From the NCBI GenBank assembly GCA_963734545.1, contig CAVTHO010000001.1, positions 1 through 64,000 of the forward strand: DNA of 64,000 nt. The letters are read 5' to 3'. Origin of the DNA: an uncultured Spirochaetota bacterium. Lineage in GTDB: Bacteria; Spirochaetota; Spirochaetia; SZUA-6; Fen-1364. Of the stretch, positions 40,462 through 51,276 are shown piece after piece. The first letter of the stretch is position 1; each line of letters opens with the position of its first letter. The position numbers were made by a program, and so were the translations under genes. The notes beneath the pieces are model-generated. The model was not told the DNA's origin. It saw only the letters and a list, made by a program, of their open reading frames with translations, and searched no databases.

Positions 40462-43157
40462 TGAGATTCGCCTGCGTCCTGCCCTGACCCCCTGGCAAAT
40501 CCCCGCAGGACCGTGGGGAGGATCCCTCCATTGAGGTAATAGGCGAGCTCGATCGGCGTGTCGATGCGCGCGAGCACGCTGAATCGTTTCTCGGTTCCCG
40601 AGGCGTCGCGGGCCACCACGGCAATGGTCTGGCCGGGCTTGTCGGCTGTCTCGATCTCGTAGATTTCCTCCCCGGAAAGACCCAGGCCGACCGCGCTTTC
40701 TCCTTTCTGGAACTGGAGGGGGAGCACGCCCATGCCGACCAGGTTCGACCTGTGGATGCGCTCGTAGCCTTCCGCTATCACGGCGCGCACGCCGAGAAGG
40801 AGAGCGCCTTTTGCCGCCCAGTCACGGGAGCTTCCCGAGCCGTATTCCTTGCCCGCGATCACCAGGAGGGGGACCCCTTCTGTCCTGTACTTTTCAGCCG
40901 CATCGTATATCGAGAGCGTCACGCCCGAAGGGAGGTGACGGGTGAAGCCGCCCTCGACCCCCGGTACGAGCTTGTTGCGGATGCGGATGTTTGCAAACGT
41001 GCCGCGCAGCATCACCTCGTGATTTCCCCGGCGCGAGCCGTACGTGTTGAAATCCTGCACCTTCACGCCGTGCTCCATGAGCCATTTCCCGGCCGGGCTC
41101 TTCTCCGGGATGTTCCCCGCGGGAGAGATGTGATCCGTGGTCACCGAATCTCCGAGAACGGCCAGGACACGCGCATTGCGTATCCGGGGGATCTCCGGTG
41201 GTCGATTCGCAAGGCCCTCGAAGAACGTGGGCTTGCGGATATAGGTCGAATCCGGTTCCCAGCGGTAGCGCTTTTCATCAGGGGTCTTCACGCGGTTCCA
41301 CGTCTCATCTCCGCTGAAGACGCTCGCGTAGACAGAGCGGAACATGTCCGGCGTGAGGCTTTCCCTGACTGACGCATCGATCTCGGCAAGGGTCGGCCAG
41401 ATGTCTTTCAGGAACACGGGGCTGCCATTGTGGTCCCTGCCGAGGGGCTCCGTGGCCAGGTCGATGTCCATTGTTCCGGCAAGCGCGTACGCCACCACCA
41501 GGGGCGGGGACGCGAGGTAATTGGCCTTCACCTCGGGATGGATCCTGCCCTCGAAGTTGCGGTTTCCCGAGAGCACGGAGACCACCGTGAGGTTGTTCTC
41601 CAGCACGGCCCTGCTGATCACCGGGTTCAACGGCCCGGAGTTGCCGATGCATGTCGTGCACCCGTAGCCCACGAGGTGGAATCCGAGAGCCTCCAGGTAG
41701 GGGCTGAGCCCGGCCCGGTCGAGGTACTGCGTGACCACCTTGGAGCCGGGGGCGAAGCTCGTCTTGACGTAGGCCGGAACACGCAGGCCGAGCTGCACCG
41801 CCTTGCGCGCCAGGAGGCCGGCCCCGATCATGACCGACGGGTTGGATGTGTTCGTGCAGCTCGTGATGGCCGAGATCACCACTGCGCCCTGCGCGAGGGT
41901 TTCCCGGTCTCCTCCCACTTCCACTTCAACGCTTCTGGCTTCGGTCCCGGCGGAAACGGCCGCATCCCGCCAGGAGCTCTTGGCCCGTGACAGCGGTATC
42001 CTGTCCTGGGGGCGCTTGGGCCCGGCCATGGAGGTTTCCACGGTGGAAAGATCCAGCTCGAGCAGCGCGGAGTATTCCGGCTGCTCCGCGCCGGGACCTC
42101 GAAAGAGTCCCTGCTCCCTGCAGTAGCGCTCCACCAGGTCGACCAGCTCAGGGCTCCGACCGGTGAACTGCAGGTACTCGATGGTCTTTTCGTCCACGGG
42201 GAAGAATCCCGCCGTGGCGCCGTACTCGGGAGACATGTTGCCGATGGTCGCCCTGTCCGCCACGCTGAGCGAGTCGAGCCCCGGCCCGAAGAACTCCACG
42301 ATCTTGTCCACCACTCCGAACTTCCGCAGCGCCTGCGTGACGGTGAGCACCAGGTCGGTGGCGGTCATTCCTTCCCTCAGTGCGCCGGTGAGGCGCATCC
42401 CGACCACCTCCGGGATCAGCATGTAGAGAGGCTGCCCCAGGAGCGCGGCCTCCGCCTCGATGCCTCCGACGCCCCACCCCAGCACGCCGATGCCGTTGAT
42501 CATGGGCGTGTGGGAGTCCGTGCCCACCAGTGTGTCGGGAAAGGCGACCGATCCCTTGCCGTCACTCGCCGCGCGCGTCTGCACGACCTTTGCCAGGTAC
42601 TCGAGGTTCACCTGGTGCACGATACCCGTGGCAGGCGGCACGACGCGAAAGTCCGCGAATGATTTCGCGCCCCAGCGGAGGAACTCGTAGCGCTCGCGGT
42701 TGCGCTGGAACTCGAGGGCCGCGTTGCCGGCAAGGGCGCGTGACGAGGCAAAGAGATCCACCTGGACCGAATGGTCGATGACGAGGTCCACGGGGATCAC
42801 GGGGTTGATGCGCTGGGGGTCTCCGCCCAGGTCCCCCATTGCGTCACGCATGGCGGCAAGGTCCACGATGGCGGGCACGCCGGTGAAATCCTGCATGATC
42901 ACCCGGGCCGGCTTGAAGGGGAAATCGCGGCTCTTCGCCTGCGCGCTGTTCCACGCGCAGAGGGCGTGCACATCCTCCTCCCGCACGTCGAAACCGTTCA
43001 CCTGGCGCAGGACAGACTCCAGGAGGATCTTGATGGAGAAGGGCATGCGCGATACTTTCCCGAGCCCCTGCGACTCCAGCCGTGCGAGGCTGAAGAAATC
43101 CAGCCGGCCTGCCGCGGTCTTCAACGTGCTTCGTGCTCCAAACGGGTTGGCTTTCAT
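40458..43157 (-). CDS. acnA: Aconitate hydratase A
   Basis: QDFTGVPA, GTDSHT, ITSCTNTSNP, GCTTCIGNSG, SSRDWAAKG. Confidence 0.97.
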   Translation of the reverse strand: MKANPFGARSTLKTAAGRLDFFSLARLESQGLGKVSRMPFSIKILLESVLRQVNGFDVREEDVHALCAWNSAQAKSRDFPFKPARVIMQDFTGVPAIVDLAAMRDAMGDLGGDPQRINPVIPVDLVIDHSVQVDLFASSRALAGNAALEFQRNRERYEFLRWGAKSFADFRVVPPATGIVHQVNLEYLAKVVQTRAASDGKGSVAFPDTLVGTDSHTPMINGIGVLGWGVGGIEAEAALLGQPLYMLIPEVVGMRLTGALREGMTATDLVLTVTQALRKFGVVDKIVEFFGPGLDSLSVADRATIGNMSPEYGATAGFFPVDEKTIEYLQFTGRSPELVDLVERYCREQGLFRGPGAEQPEYSALLELDLSTVETSMAGPKRPQDRIPLSRAKSSWRDAAVSAGTEARSVEVEVGGDRETLAQGAVVISAITSCTNTSNPSVMIGAGLLARKAVQLGLRVPAYVKTSFAPGSKVVTQYLDRAGLSPYLEALGFHLVGYGCTTCIGNSGPLNPVISRAVLENNLTVVSVLSGNRNFEGRIHPEVKANYLASPPLVVAYALAGTMDIDLATEPLGRDHNGSPVFLKDIWPTLAEIDASVRESLTPDMFRSVYASVFSGDETWNRVKTPDEKRYRWEPDSTYIRKPTFFEGLANRPPEIPRIRNARVLAVLGDSVTTDHISPAGNIPEKSPAGKWLMEHGVKVQDFNTYGSRRGNHEVMLRGTFANIRIRNKLVPGVEGGFTRHLPSGVTLSIYDAAEKYRTEGVPLLVIAGKEYGSGSSRDWAAKGALLLGVRAVIAEGYERIHRSNLVGMGVLPLQFQKGESAVGLGLSGEEIYEIETADKPGQTIAVVARDASGTEKRFSVLARIDTPIELAYYLNGGILPTVLRGFARGSGQDAGESH

Positions 43158-43248
43158 CGTGGTCTCCTGTGCCTAATATACAGAGCACGGGCTCACCTTG
43201 CCATCCGGGAGCAATTGCTCTATCATTGAGGCCAGAGAGAACCGAAAG

Positions 43249-43857
43249 ATGCTAGTTCCCGCCGAGGTCTGGACAGTCGCAAAAGCGGAGCAGGGCAATG
43301 CGGTCCTTGTCCGGCCGCTCGGCCTGGACGTGGCCGTCCCGATCTTCATTGCGCCGCTGGAAGCGCAGTCCATTCTCATCGGGCTCGGCAGCGTCAAGAT
43401 GCCGCGCCCTCTCACGCACGACCTCTTCATTACCGTCCTGGAGAGCCTCGAATCATCGGTGAACCGGGTCGAGATCACCTCCCTGCGGGAAGGCACCTAC
43501 TACGCAAAGCTCATCCTCGAGTCATCAGGCTCGGAGATTGCAGTGGATGCCCGTCCCTCGGATTGTCTGGCCCTTGCCGTGCGGGTGAAGTGTCCCATCT
43601 ATATAGATGAAGCGGTGGTGGACGAAGCCGGAATATCCGTGAAAATGGTGGAAGAGAAGAACAAGGAGCTCAAGCCGGAGGACGCCCCGCAGCTCTCGGA
43701 GGAGGCTGATTCCCCGCAGACGCCCGAAGCGGCGCCCATGCCGCCGGAAACGGAGATGGCAAGCCTCCGCAAGCTGCTCGATGCCGCTATTGAAGAAGAG
43801 AACTACGAGGAAGCGGCCCGGATACGCGACAAGATTCGGGAGCTCGAGAGCTCCTAG
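43249..43857 (+). CDS. Bifunctional nuclease (DUF151) domain + UvrB/C motif protein
   Basis: PRPLTHDL, DARPSD; C-terminal AAIEEENYEEAARIRDKI. Confidence 0.88.
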   Translation: MLVPAEVWTVAKAEQGNAVLVRPLGLDVAVPIFIAPLEAQSILIGLGSVKMPRPLTHDLFITVLESLESSVNRVEITSLREGTYYAKLILESSGSEIAVDARPSDCLALAVRVKCPIYIDEAVVDEAGISVKMVEEKNKELKPEDAPQLSEEADSPQTPEAAPMPPETEMASLRKLLDAAIEEENYEEAARIRDKIRELESS

Positions 43858-43875
43858 GAGCGTGTCGGGGCGGTG

Positions 43876-44574
43876 CTAATCTGGTCCGATCGTCGTGCCC
43901 ACGAACTCCCCGCCCTCGAGAATGCGTGAAAGGTTGGCAAGATCGCGTCCTTCGGCGAACACGACCTTGATGCGTGATTGCGCGGCCGCGCGCGCGGCGG
44001 TGGGATCGAAAGGCGTGTTCTTGCCGGGCGTCCACTCCCCGCCGACTATGGCGAGCATCTCCTTCCAGGAGAGCCTGTCCAGCGGCCGCGCCGCGGGGTT
44101 CTTCTTCGGGTCCTCCGAGTAGACTTTCGCGATGTTGGAGAGATTGACGAGCGTGTCCGCGGAAAACCGCTGGGCCAGCACGACCGCGTCATTATCGGTG
44201 GAGAACCCGGGCTTCCACCCCGCGGCCATCATGACCCTGCCCGCGAAGACGGAGACGGCGGTGGGATCGGTCACGAGGTCTTCCGCGCACCATCGGTGAA
44301 ACACCCTGCGCAGCAGCTCCCCGTTCACCCGGGTGGCCGCGACTCCCACCCAGTCGAGGTCGTCGCTGCGGGGCTCGGCAACCACCTCTCTCAGCGCCGC
44401 CTGATAGTCCCGGGCAAGTCCTCCGCCGCCGCAGACGATGATGAGCTTGCGTCTTTCGTCCGCCTCGAGGTAGCCCTCCACCAGCCCTGCGAACCCTTTC
44501 AGGAATCCGGTATCCACGCCCTTGGGTGCGATGATCGATCCTCCGAGGGAAATGACGGTGACGTGCGGAGTCAT
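43876..44574 (-). CDS. pyrH: UMP kinase, archaeal/spirochete type
   Basis: SLGGSII, GGGGLARDYQ, GWKPGFSTD, DPKKNP, PFDPTAA. Confidence 0.9.
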   Translation of the reverse strand: MTPHVTVISLGGSIIAPKGVDTGFLKGFAGLVEGYLEADERRKLIIVCGGGGLARDYQAALREVVAEPRSDDLDWVGVAATRVNGELLRRVFHRWCAEDLVTDPTAVSVFAGRVMMAAGWKPGFSTDNDAVVLAQRFSADTLVNLSNIAKVYSEDPKKNPAARPLDRLSWKEMLAIVGGEWTPGKNTPFDPTAARAAAQSRIKVVFAEGRDLANLSRILEGGEFVGTTIGPD

Positions 44575-44619
44575 ATGCCTACTATTGCATAAATATCCAC
44601 ATTTGTTTATACGTGTCTC

Positions 44620-45585
44620 ATGGAAAAGATGAAGATTTTCGTCGCTGACAGCATCGCAAAAGAGGGTTTGGAAGAGTTCGCCCGGTTCTCCGGGCTGGAG
44701 CTCGTCGTGAAGACGGGGCTCGCTCCGGAAGTGCTCAAGTCGGAGCTGGGAGATTCGCAGGGTCTCGTCGTGCGCTCCGCCACGCAGGCCACCCGGGAGA
44801 TAATCGGTGCGGGCAAATCCCTGAAGGTGATCGGCAGGGCCGGCGCGGGAGTGGATAACATCGATGTGAAGGCCGCCACCGAGCGCGGCATTATCGTGCT
44901 GAACACCCCCGGGGGCAATGCCGAGGCCGCGGGCGAGCTCGCCGTGGCAATGATGTTTGCGCTTTCCCGGGACCTTGTGCGCGCGGACGCCTCCATGAAG
45001 GCGGGCAAATGGGACAAGAAGAGCTTCAACGGCGTCGAGCTGTTCGGCAAGACCCTGGGGCTCATCGGGTGCGGGCACGTCGGGAGCGTCGTCGCCAAAC
45101 GCGCCCTTGCGCTGGGCATGAAGGTGCTCGTCACGGATCCCTGCGTGGATGACAGCAAGGCCCAGGATCTGGGGGTGCGCCTGGCCGGGCTGGATGACGT
45201 GCTCAAGGCTTCTGATTTCATCTCCCTTCATTCCCCCCGGACGGAGGAGACGAAGGGCCTTTTCAACTCGAAGACATTCGCCAGGATGAAGAAGGGCGTT
45301 TTCCTGGTGAACTGCTCGCGGGGCGGCATCGTCGTGGAAAAGGACCTCATTGCGGCGCTGGATGAAGGCATCGTGCGGGGTGCGGCGGTGGACGTGTTCG
45401 ACAAGGAGCCGCCCGAGGAGTGGAGCCTGGCAAAGCACCCGAAGGTGATTGCCACGCCGCACATCGGCGCGTCCACCGGCGAGGCGCAGGTCAACGTGTC
45501 CGTCATGATTGCGCGCCAGATGGGTGCGTACCTCACGAGAGGTGAGATCGTCAACGCGGTGAACACGATTGGCGGCGTGAAGTAG
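44620..45585 (+). CDS. serA: D-3-phosphoglycerate dehydrogenase-like (no ACT domain)
   Basis: GRAGAGVDNID, ELFGKTLG, TPHIGASTGEAQ. Confidence 0.75.
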   Translation: MEKMKIFVADSIAKEGLEEFARFSGLELVVKTGLAPEVLKSELGDSQGLVVRSATQATREIIGAGKSLKVIGRAGAGVDNIDVKAATERGIIVLNTPGGNAEAAGELAVAMMFALSRDLVRADASMKAGKWDKKSFNGVELFGKTLGLIGCGHVGSVVAKRALALGMKVLVTDPCVDDSKAQDLGVRLAGLDDVLKASDFISLHSPRTEETKGLFNSKTFARMKKGVFLVNCSRGGIVVEKDLIAALDEGIVRGAAVDVFDKEPPEEWSLAKHPKVIATPHIGASTGEAQVNVSVMIARQMGAYLTRGEIVNAVNTIGGVK

Positions 45586-45644
45586 CCTTCGCGTTCTTGC
45601 CGAACTCCTCTTCCGGGGGTACATTGCACGTAGGGAGCGGGAGT

Positions 45645-46439
45645 ATGAGCTCAGACATCACAGACCTGCTGCGCGAATGGGAGTTCGATTCGGACAACCA
45701 GATCCGGATCGTCCAGGCGGACGACGGCCGCCAGGTGCTGCAGGTCCGACAGCCAATGGGCATCGAGCAGTACGAGCTGGACGGCCGCCCGGACGGCAAG
45801 AAGCCGTTCGGACGGGATTCGGCCCTCGAGGAGTTCCAGGCGCGCCTGGAAAACTACCGGGCCTCCCACGGCAGCGACGACGGATTTGCGCTCTCCCATG
45901 AAGACTTCGCCACGCTGCAGGGCGAGGGCGTGCTGTTCTACTTCCGCTATCTCGTCCTGTTTCAGATCGGCGATTTCGTGCGCACCAGCCGGGACACGGA
46001 TCACAACCTGTCGCTCTTTTCCCTCGTGGAGAAGTACGGGGACAACGACGACGACCGCCGTGAGCTGCTTCAGTACAAGCCCTACGTGCTGCGCATGAAC
46101 GCAATATCGCGCGCAATGATCTCTCTGCACAAGGAAATGAAGAGCGCGGCGGAGGACATCCTGACCAGCGCAATCAGCGCCATCGAGGGAATGGGGGACA
46201 TCGACACCCCTGCTTTCCAGTTCGAGCGGGTGCGGTCGCTCAACTACCTGAAGGCAACGCTGAAGCAGATCCACGACAAGAAAGACTCTCCCGTCGAGGC
46301 GCTGAAGAGCGAGCTGCAGAACGCCATCGATGAAGAGGACTACGAGCGGGCCGCCTCCCTGCGGGACCGGATGCGCGAGTTCGACGTCAGTGACGAGACC
46401 TCCGTGGCGGAGGAAACCGCGGCGGACTCCGAGGAGTGA
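45645..46439 (+). CDS. UvrB/UvrC motif-containing protein
   Basis: GIEQYELDGRPDG; C-terminal AIDEEDYERAASLRD. Confidence 0.85.
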   Translation: MSSDITDLLREWEFDSDNQIRIVQADDGRQVLQVRQPMGIEQYELDGRPDGKKPFGRDSALEEFQARLENYRASHGSDDGFALSHEDFATLQGEGVLFYFRYLVLFQIGDFVRTSRDTDHNLSLFSLVEKYGDNDDDRRELLQYKPYVLRMNAISRAMISLHKEMKSAAEDILTSAISAIEGMGDIDTPAFQFERVRSLNYLKATLKQIHDKKDSPVEALKSELQNAIDEEDYERAASLRDRMREFDVSDETSVAEETAADSEE

Positions 46440-46533
46440 GCCCCCGCGCTCCGGGACTGCGGCGCCTGCCGTGTCCCGCCCGCGGCTTGCCCCTGGATGC
46501 CCGCCCTGCTATTCTCGCCCGCGGGGCACACAC

Positions 46534-46881
46534 ATGATCAAGAGAATCGCCGACATGGAAAAAGAGGTGCGCGAGAAGATGCGGGGCGGTTCCGGAAGCG
46601 TGGAAATCCTGCACATCTTCCGCAAGGAAGAGCTGAAGGGAAAGGTCCGTCTTCTCGCGCGTCTGCGCCTGGGCCCGGGCAGCTCCATCGGCTATCACAT
46701 GCATGAGGGGGAGGAGGAAATCTTCTATATCCTGTCCGGAAAGGGGCTCGTGACCGAGCAGGGGGTGAGCTCCCCGGTGGGTCCCGGCGACGCGGTCCTG
46801 ACCGGTGGGGGCGGCGGTCACTCCATCGAAAACCAGGACGCCGAGCCCCTCGAGTTCATCGCCACCATCCTCGTGTACTGA
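46534..46881 (+). CDS. Cupin domain protein
   Basis: GSSIGYHMHEGEEEIFYILSG, GHSIEN. Confidence 0.88.
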   Translation: MIKRIADMEKEVREKMRGGSGSVEILHIFRKEELKGKVRLLARLRLGPGSSIGYHMHEGEEEIFYILSGKGLVTEQGVSSPVGPGDAVLTGGGGGHSIENQDAEPLEFIATILVY

Positions 46882-46889
46882 GAAACGCC

Positions 46890-49366
46890 ATGATACTCCC
46901 CTTCTTCAGATCCCGGCGGCCTCCGGACAGGCTCGCAACGACGTTCCGATGGCTGGCACCGAAGCCGCTCCCGGTGACGAGGGGGGAGTTCTACACCGCG
47001 CAGTACGAGAGGGGAGCGTACACGCTCACCCTGGCAAAGGACAGCTTTCTTCGCCTGGGAAACATTCACGAGCGATCAACGGTTCACCGATTTCGTGCTG
47101 GAGGCGCAGGTCGAGCTGGATCCGGCGAACGGGCACAGCGCCGCGGGCGTGCTCTTCCGCCACGTGAACGACGAGAACTTCTACTCGCTCCTGGTATCTT
47201 CCCGCGGGAACTATCGCGTGGACCTCCTGTTCAACAATCACCCCATGCACCTGGTCGAGTGGACACGCCTGGCGGAGCCTGATGCGGCGGAGCGCCCCGG
47301 GCGCCGCGGCAGCGCGGACCGTCCGCGTCGTGGCGCACGGCTCACGGTTCACCTTCCTGGTGGACGATGAATGGGTGGGAGAGATCGAGGACGAGGTCCT
47401 TTCCTCCGGCGGATTCGGATTCGGCGCGCAGAACTTCGCCGGGGCCGGGAAGGGCATTTTCCGCCTGCGGAAGATCAACGTGGAAGCCCGGCCGATCGAA
47501 GTGGAGCGCGCGCACCTGCGCTGGTCCTACTATCTCCCCGTGTCCCCCGCGGTGCGGCTGCGCCTGGCGGAAACCCATTTCGGCTCCGGGCAGCTCCATG
47601 CAGCGGCGGTGCAGCTCCGCAAGGGCCTCAAGGATCGGGAAGGCAGTGTCCGTGAGCACTTCCTGCTTGCAGAATGCTACGGCCGCCTTTCCCTGTACGA
47701 CGAAGCCCTGGCGGAAATCAAGATCGTTCTCGCGCGGGAACCTGGTCATGCGCCGGCAAAGCTGGAGAGGGCGAACATCCTGTACCTGTCCAACCGTCTG
47801 CTGGAAGCGCGCGAGGTCCTCCTTGCCGATCTTGCCGGGCAGGTCATTGCGTCGGGGGCCGGAGCGTGGAACCTGCTCGGCAACGTGGAGTACGGGCTGG
47901 GCAACTGGCAGAAAGCGGCGGATGCGTACCGGCGCGCGCGGGAGCTCCGACCCGAGATCGCGTTGTTTGCGGGGAACGCGGCGCGCGCGCTCGAGCGCGC
48001 CGGGCAGGTCCAGGAGGCGGTGGAGCTGTATCTGGCTGCCGGCCGGCTTCTCTTTGCGGAGGAGGCTTTCGACGAGCTTTCCCTGATCCTTCCCCGCGTG
48101 CGCGCGCTCGCGCCGGGGCAGCCCGAGGTCCTGGCCCTGGAAGCCAAGATGCTCTACCGGGAAGGCAAGACGGAAGAGGCGTTCCAGATTCTCACGGGTC
48201 TGCAGGAACAGGGGACGGATGACAGCGCCGTCCACTACCTGCTGGGAATCATCCTGAGCTCCCGGGGGAGGAGGGAAGAGGCGCTCCCCCGGCTCGCCCG
48301 CGCGGCGGAGCTGGAGCCGGATTTCCCCCTGTATCAATTCCGGCTCGCGGAGACCCTGCATTCCCTGGGCAGAGATTCGGCGCCTGCCCTGGAGAGAGCG
48401 CTGGCCCTGGCGCCGGATGACCCCTGGACGAACAATCTTGCCGGTCAGATCCGGATCGAAGCAGGGGACCCTGCCGGGGCCGTGCTTTACCTGCGCAACG
48501 CGCGATCGGCGGCGCCCGCGGAGCCGGACATCTCTCTGAATCTCTCAGAGGCGCTCTCCCTTACCGGCAGGGCCGAGGAAGCCCTGGAGGTCCTGGAGGG
48601 CGTCACGACTTCGCCCGAGCTTGGCGCCCGGGCGGCCAACCAGCGGGGCAATATTCTCGCGCGCCAGGGTGAGCACGAGAGGGCCGTGCACGAGTACGAG
48701 GCCGCGATACGACTGGATCCGGAGAACCTCGTCTACAAGGAAAACTGCGCCTCTGCCTGTCTCCAGATCGACATGGTGCACCGGGCGGAGGAGCTGCTCG
48801 CCCAGGTGGAACCCGAGCATCCCTCACCCTCGGTGTACAACCTGCTGGGAAACGTGGCCATCCTCAAGGGCGAGCGCGCGCGGGCGGAGCTCGCTTTCAA
48901 CGCGGGGCTCGCCATCGATCCGGGAAGCCCTGAGCTGCTGGTGAACCTCGCCATGCTGCAGAAGGAAAAGGGCAACCACGAAAAGGCCCGGGAGATGCTC
49001 CTGTCGGTGCTGTCGGCGGCGCCGGGCCACGCCCTTGCCCGAAAGCTGCTGGAGCGGATCCGCGACGAGCACGAGCGCAGGCTCGCGTGCGGCATATGCG
49101 CAAGAGAGTGGTGGGTGCCCCGGGACCTCCCGGCCCAGCCCACATTCCAGGTGCGCGGGGAGCCTCCGGCAGAGGCGCCAGCGGGCCGGTGCCCGAAATG
49201 CGGCAAGGTCTATTGCATCGGCTGCGCGTCCACCCACGTGAAGGACATGAGGTTCTTCTGTCCCGACTGCGGGGACTTCCTCAAGCTCTCCGACGACGCC
49301 CTGAAGTGGCTGGTGGCGCGCTACATCGAGGGATACACGGGCCGGAGCGCCACGTCGCTGCCCTAG
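46890..49366 (+). CDS. TPR protein with beta-sandwich N-domain and Cys8 C-domain; frameshifts near 47060 and 47290
   Basis: AAGVLFRHVNDENFY beta-rich N-terminus, many TPRs, CGIC..CPKC..CIGC..CPDC. Confidence 0.8.
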
Positions 49367-49450
49367 CCACGGATGGCCGAAAGGCCGACCGTAGACGGGT
49401 GCGTTGCAACAAACATGGGCGTCCTTGACAAAGGCGGTCCCATCGGTACT

Positions 49451-50143
49451 ATGGGTGCAGCCTTGAACCGGATAATTGCGCTTCCCTTCATTTTCCTGCT
49501 GCTCGTTCCTGCTGCCGCTTTCCCGCAGTCCGCGGACCTGGTGTCGGCGGAAAAATACTTTGCCTCCATTTCCGCCGGCTACCAGAAAGTGAAGGACTAC
49601 GAGGCCCTCATTACGATCACGCAGGGGAAGACCTTGTCCCGCGGCAAGCTTTCCTACAAATCGCCCATGTACCTCCGCATCGACTTCGACGATCCTCCCA
49701 AGGAAGTGCTCAATTTCGACGGGGAGAAGCTCACATTCTACTCACCGGCGAACGAAGTGATCCTCGAGCAGAAGTACAAGAAGAAGACACCCAGCCAGGT
49801 CGAGGCCATGGCCACCAGCCAGGGGCTCGCCATCATGCAGCGCAACTACACCATCGCGTATCTCAGCGGGCCGGCGCCCGTGCCCCTGGAGGAGGGCTCC
49901 CGGGAACAGGTGGTCAAGCTGAAGCTCACGGCGCACGGAACCACGAGCTTCAGCCAGATGATCGTCTCCATCAAGGATTCCCTCATCCGCCGGGTGGAGG
50001 GCACGCAGTCCAGCGGAGACAAGATCGTCATGGACTTCGCGAACATCCGCATCAACCAGGGCGTGCCCGATTCACGGTTCGCTTATGACGCTCCGCCGTA
50101 TGCCAACGTCATTCAAGACTGGCTCTTTGACCCGGAAGAGTAG
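49451..50143 (+). CDS. lolA: Outer-membrane lipoprotein carrier LolA-like
   Basis: Signal peptide; GKLSYKSPMYLRIDF, FDGEKL, NQGVPDSRF. Confidence 0.8.
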   Translation: MGAALNRIIALPFIFLLLVPAAAFPQSADLVSAEKYFASISAGYQKVKDYEALITITQGKTLSRGKLSYKSPMYLRIDFDDPPKEVLNFDGEKLTFYSPANEVILEQKYKKKTPSQVEAMATSQGLAIMQRNYTIAYLSGPAPVPLEEGSREQVVKLKLTAHGTTSFSQMIVSIKDSLIRRVEGTQSSGDKIVMDFANIRINQGVPDSRFAYDAPPYANVIQDWLFDPEE

Positions 50144-50148
50144 GACAT

Positions 50149-51276
50149 ATGGAATCGATCGGTGAAAAACTTCGGCTCGCCCGCGAACGGAACAATCTGA
50201 CCATCGAGCAGATCGCCCGGGAGACCCACGTGGCCAAGCGCTTCCTCAAGGCGCTGGAGGACGAGGACTTCTCCGTTTTCCCGGGGGAAACCTACGCAAT
50301 GGGCTTCCTGCGCAACTACGCGGAAAATCTCGGCCTGAACGCAGAGGAGCTGATCGGCATCTACCGCAACATCAAGATCCAGGAACAGCCGCTCCCCATG
50401 ACCGAGCTGCTGGATGCCCAGCCCCGGCTCCCCCCGCGCCGTCTCATCATCATCGTGGCGGTCGGGGTCATTGTCCTGGCCGCGGCGGGCTGGATCGTCT
50501 ACCGGGCCGCGACCAGGGGCTCCTCCGCCTCCGCGGCGGCACAGAAGCCGCTCGCCGGCGTGGCCACGGATTTCGTGTTCCAGGACGAGGTGCGCACGCA
50601 GTGGTTCGGGCAGGGGGACGGAATCGCGGTTCCCATCGCGGGCAAGAATTACCGCATCGTGGTCGCCGGCATCGGAGATTCCCTCACGTTGAAGGTGCCG
50701 GGCGGAACGGTCGACATGGGTCTCGGCAAGGACAGGAGCATCGACCTCGACGGGGATTCGAAGCCGGAGATCAGGATCGTGTGGAACGATGTGGACCGCA
50801 CCTCGCCGCAGAAGCGGGTGAACCTGGGCCTGTACCGGACGACGGGCCCGGCGGCGGATGCCGCGCTCGCGGCCGCCGGTGACACCTCCGACAATGCCAT
50901 TCCCCCGGCGGTGCCCTCCGCGTCCACCGCTCCTCCCATGCGCTCGGATTCATTCAAGCCCATCACCGCGGTCCTCGCGGCGCAGGCAGGGTTTTTCTCG
51001 CTGGATTTCACGTTCAAGAACGACTGCCTTTTCCGCTATCTCGTGGACGAAAAGGACAGGGAGGACCGCTTCTTCCAGAAGGGCGAGCAGTTCTCCATCG
51101 ACTCCGCGCGGAGGCAGGTCACGATCTGGCTGTCGAACGCCGGCGCAGCCCGCATGCGCATCCAGGGCAAGGACTACGAGCTGGGAGACCTGGGAGAGGT
51201 CGCGACCCGCACAATTGCCTGGCGAAAGGACCCGAACGCGAGCGGGTATGTCCTCGAGATCACCCCGCTCTACTGA
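50149..51276 (+). CDS. RodZ-like HTH_25 membrane protein
   Basis: IGEKLRLARE, GETYAMGFLRNYA, single TM, SNAGA. Confidence 0.85.
   Translation: MESIGEKLRLARERNNLTIEQIARETHVAKRFLKALEDEDFSVFPGETYAMGFLRNYAENLGLNAEELIGIYRNIKIQEQPLPMTELLDAQPRLPPRRLIIIVAVGVIVLAAAGWIVYRAATRGSSASAAAQKPLAGVATDFVFQDEVRTQWFGQGDGIAVPIAGKNYRIVVAGIGDSLTLKVPGGTVDMGLGKDRSIDLDGDSKPEIRIVWNDVDRTSPQKRVNLGLYRTTGPAADAALAAAGDTSDNAIPPAVPSASTAPPMRSDSFKPITAVLAAQAGFFSLDFTFKNDCLFRYLVDEKDREDRFFQKGEQFSIDSARRQVTIWLSNAGAARMRIQGKDYELGDLGEVATRTIAWRKDPNASGYVLEITPLY

Noticed and set aside
43876-44574. Recent archaeal transfer of pyrH
   Set aside because: Archaeal-type UMP kinase is already known in spirochetes and the composition looks native
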